Below are positions 62,171 through 64,000 of a stretch of DNA of 64,000 nt, one piece after another (the first letter of the stretch is position 1; every line of letters begins with the position of its first letter). Origin of the DNA: an uncultured delta proteobacterium. Its GTDB lineage: Bacteria > Desulfobacterota > Desulfobacteria > Desulfobacterales > Desulfatirhabdiaceae. Under the pieces are notes generated by a model that searched no databases, had not been told where the DNA came from, and saw only the letters and a program-made list of their open reading frames with translations. The position numbers and the translations under genes are program-made. The DNA lies in the NCBI GenBank assembly GCA_963789395.1, contig CAWBKP010000021.1:1-64000 (forward strand). The letters run 5' to 3'.

Positions 62171-63370
62171 TCAGCAGGTAAACCGACCGTCTTCATAAAT
62201 GGTTGTCTGTCCGCCGGCTGTTAAATGTGCCGTGACTCTTTTCTGCTCGGTGTTGACCAGATCCCAGTGCAGGGCGGAATCATTGAATCCCAGCTTTTTT
62301 TTCAGCTTTTCCGTCAGTTCGGCTGAGTTTCCGCTGTAGGTATCGGTGTATGATGAGCCAAGTGCTACGTGACAATTGCCGTGCGCGCCGCCGAAATTTT
62401 CGTCAAAAAGGGTATTGGCCATGAAGCGGTCAATTTTTGAAAAGCGCTTGTCGGTCAGTGAAAATTCCCCTAACCGGCTGGCTCCCTTGTCCATGGAAAG
62501 CTGGTTTTTTACAAAGGAATCCCCTTTTTGAGCGCCGATCTTTACGGCAACGCCGTCCTTGAATTCCAGCCGGACGTTTTCAACGTAATTGCCGTTTCGG
62601 TAGGATGGCTGATTGGCGAAATACACGCCCTGGGTTCCCCGCCAGTCCGGAGAGATAAACAGCTCGAAACTGGGGATGTTATGCCCCGTGATGCCGATCC
62701 ATTTTCGCCGGTCGCCGGGGGTGATCTTTAGATCGACATGGGTGGATTCAACATGGAAATACTGAACATGCATGCGATTCAGCCAGGCTTTGATGGTCCG
62801 GGATTTTTTATATACTGCCTGCCATTCGGAAACCGGCGACGCATGATCCAGAAAACAGGCATTTACAATCTGCCGGGTATATTCGTCGATGGACAGACCG
62901 GCATGCCTGGCCAGTTCGATGGTGGGAAGCATGCACAGGGTCCAGCTGAAATCCCCGGTTTCCTCGCGTTTGTTGAGGATGTCCCGGATAAATTTTCGGG
63001 CGACCGCTGCCTTGCCGATTTTTTTAGGGTCGGCTTCGCTCAGGTGGGTAATGGATTCCGGAGCGTGCAGATAAATGCTGCCGTTGAGATTGTCGTGTAA
63101 TTCACGTTCTCCGGGAGGCTGAAATGTCAGTTGTCTGGCATTGGCAAGCTGATAAAACGATTTTTCCATGCCGGATGTCAGCATGCACCGCTGAACAGGA
63201 TTCAGCCCCATTTCCAGAAGTCTGGCGTAGAGAATCTCCGCAAGCTTCAGCGCGGGGGAATCATATCGGATCAGCACCAGATCCTGCTTGCGGAATGGCT
63301 TGGACCGGGCGGTTTTCAGTCCCCAGATCAGGGTATCGGCGTATCGGTTTAAATGCGTATCGGTTAACAT
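62171..63370 (-). CDS. Aminopeptidase (M29-like metallopeptidase)
   Basis: NIPSFE, LGEF, TLFDEN, HVALG, NDSALHWD. Confidence 0.88.
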   Translation of the reverse strand: MLTDTHLNRYADTLIWGLKTARSKPFRKQDLVLIRYDSPALKLAEILYARLLEMGLNPVQRCMLTSGMEKSFYQLANARQLTFQPPGERELHDNLNGSIYLHAPESITHLSEADPKKIGKAAVARKFIRDILNKREETGDFSWTLCMLPTIELARHAGLSIDEYTRQIVNACFLDHASPVSEWQAVYKKSRTIKAWLNRMHVQYFHVESTHVDLKITPGDRRKWIGITGHNIPSFELFISPDWRGTQGVYFANQPSYRNGNYVENVRLEFKDGVAVKIGAQKGDSFVKNQLSMDKGASRLGEFSLTDKRFSKIDRFMANTLFDENFGGAHGNCHVALGSSYTDTYSGNSAELTEKLKKKLGFNDSALHWDLVNTEQKRVTAHLTAGGQTTIYEDGRFTC

Positions 63371-63466
63371 TTTGTATCCATTATTTAACAAATGGGGGTA
63401 GGGTAATAGTCAAATACCGGGTATCCGGCTTAGGCCTGCTACCCGCAGCCTTCGGTCTTCCGGCTT

Positions 63467-63721
63467 TCAAGGATGGTCTTCTTTCAGAAAGAGGCGGTGA
63501 TATTCCGAATCGGAAAGATGGGCTTTCAGCAGGCGGTTGATCAGCCCGAAGATCTCTTCCAGATCAGCATCTGAAAGGGAAGGCATCAGCCGTTTCATCA
63601 GCTGATCGTCAGAAAATTTTTGAAGGTAGTAAATAACCGTATTTTCATCTGTCTGCCTGTCCAGTCCAAAACCGACAAGCTCCGAGTATGTTTCAACAAA
63701 ATTATGTGAATGCTGTTTCAT
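63467..63721 (-). CDS. Small conserved-type cytoplasmic protein
   Basis: RBS AAAGGA; YLQKFSD...HLSDSEYHRLFL. Confidence 0.7.
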   Translation of the reverse strand: MKQHSHNFVETYSELVGFGLDRQTDENTVIYYLQKFSDDQLMKRLMPSLSDADLEEIFGLINRLLKAHLSDSEYHRLFLKEDHP

Positions 63722-64000
63722 GACCGTCCTTTGCCGCATCGGCGGAAAAATATTCTGTTACTTTAATGGAAAATGCCGTTAAGGTCAACACGCACATTGC
63801 TATTTCATTGACGGTGAAAATCCGTTCAGACTGCTTTCATACTGCGTAGAAACCTTCCTTTGCATTGTCTTTACAAAAATTCGATATCATGATACTCCGC
63901 CCGATTGTGGATCATATTTAAAGTCTGAATCTCCGTCATTTTATTGTTGACATCGGATATTTCCTCATTACACTTCAACTATCGGCGTGAACATTCTGAT

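Noticed and set aside
1..64000. Genome-wide UGA reassignment (genetic code 4 or 25)
   Set aside because: TGA is the normal stop of many genes here (rpsR, dnaB, hflX, metF), and Trp is encoded by TGG.
1..64000. CRISPR arrays, tRNA/rRNA (including tRNA-Sec), transposases, prophage or defence genes
   Set aside because: None recognised; intergenic gaps are short and lack the expected repeats or structures.

Overview
Core-genome segment, probably from a sulfate-reducing or syntrophic Desulfobacterota (Desulfobacterales-like). This is inferred from gene content: rpsF-rpsR-yybS-rplI-dnaB, a stand-alone dnaA paralog, Hdr/Mvh/MetVF and a long RnfB. About 20 single-base frameshifts split otherwise intact genes, most consistent with an unpolished long-read consensus. 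Gene order: DEAD-box helicase (partial); HAD hydrolase; V/A-type ATPase operon E-DUF2764-A-B-D-I-K with a Na+-type rotor signature; a minus-strand operon of PNP plus the DRTGG/anti-sigma kinase/Fe-hydrogenase-like FeS/PHP/HATPase/HndB accessory cassette; divergently, NuoE/NuoF-like (HydC/HydB) bifurcating subunits with no hydrogenase or FDH catalytic gene, followed by DRTGG, an RnfB::GltD-like fusion and RseC; ribosomal and replication genes; a ~10.4 kb hdrA-mvhD-hdrA-mvhD-hdrC/D-like-metV-metF operon; dciA; gltA; NlpC/P60 with a beta-barrel-like tail; trmO; adenine deaminase-lutABC; an AT-rich GT/FkbM islet; two moeA; GT4 plus methyltransferase; an HD-GYP regulator; osmC; epimerase; aminopeptidase. 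Main discovery: the ORF track breaks the Hdr/Mvh operon at five in-frame TGA codons. Each sits at a conserved Cys position and is followed 13-16 nt later by a SECIS-like hairpin, implying five consecutive selenoproteins linked to methylene-THF reductase. No CRISPR, rRNA, tRNA or transposase was seen.
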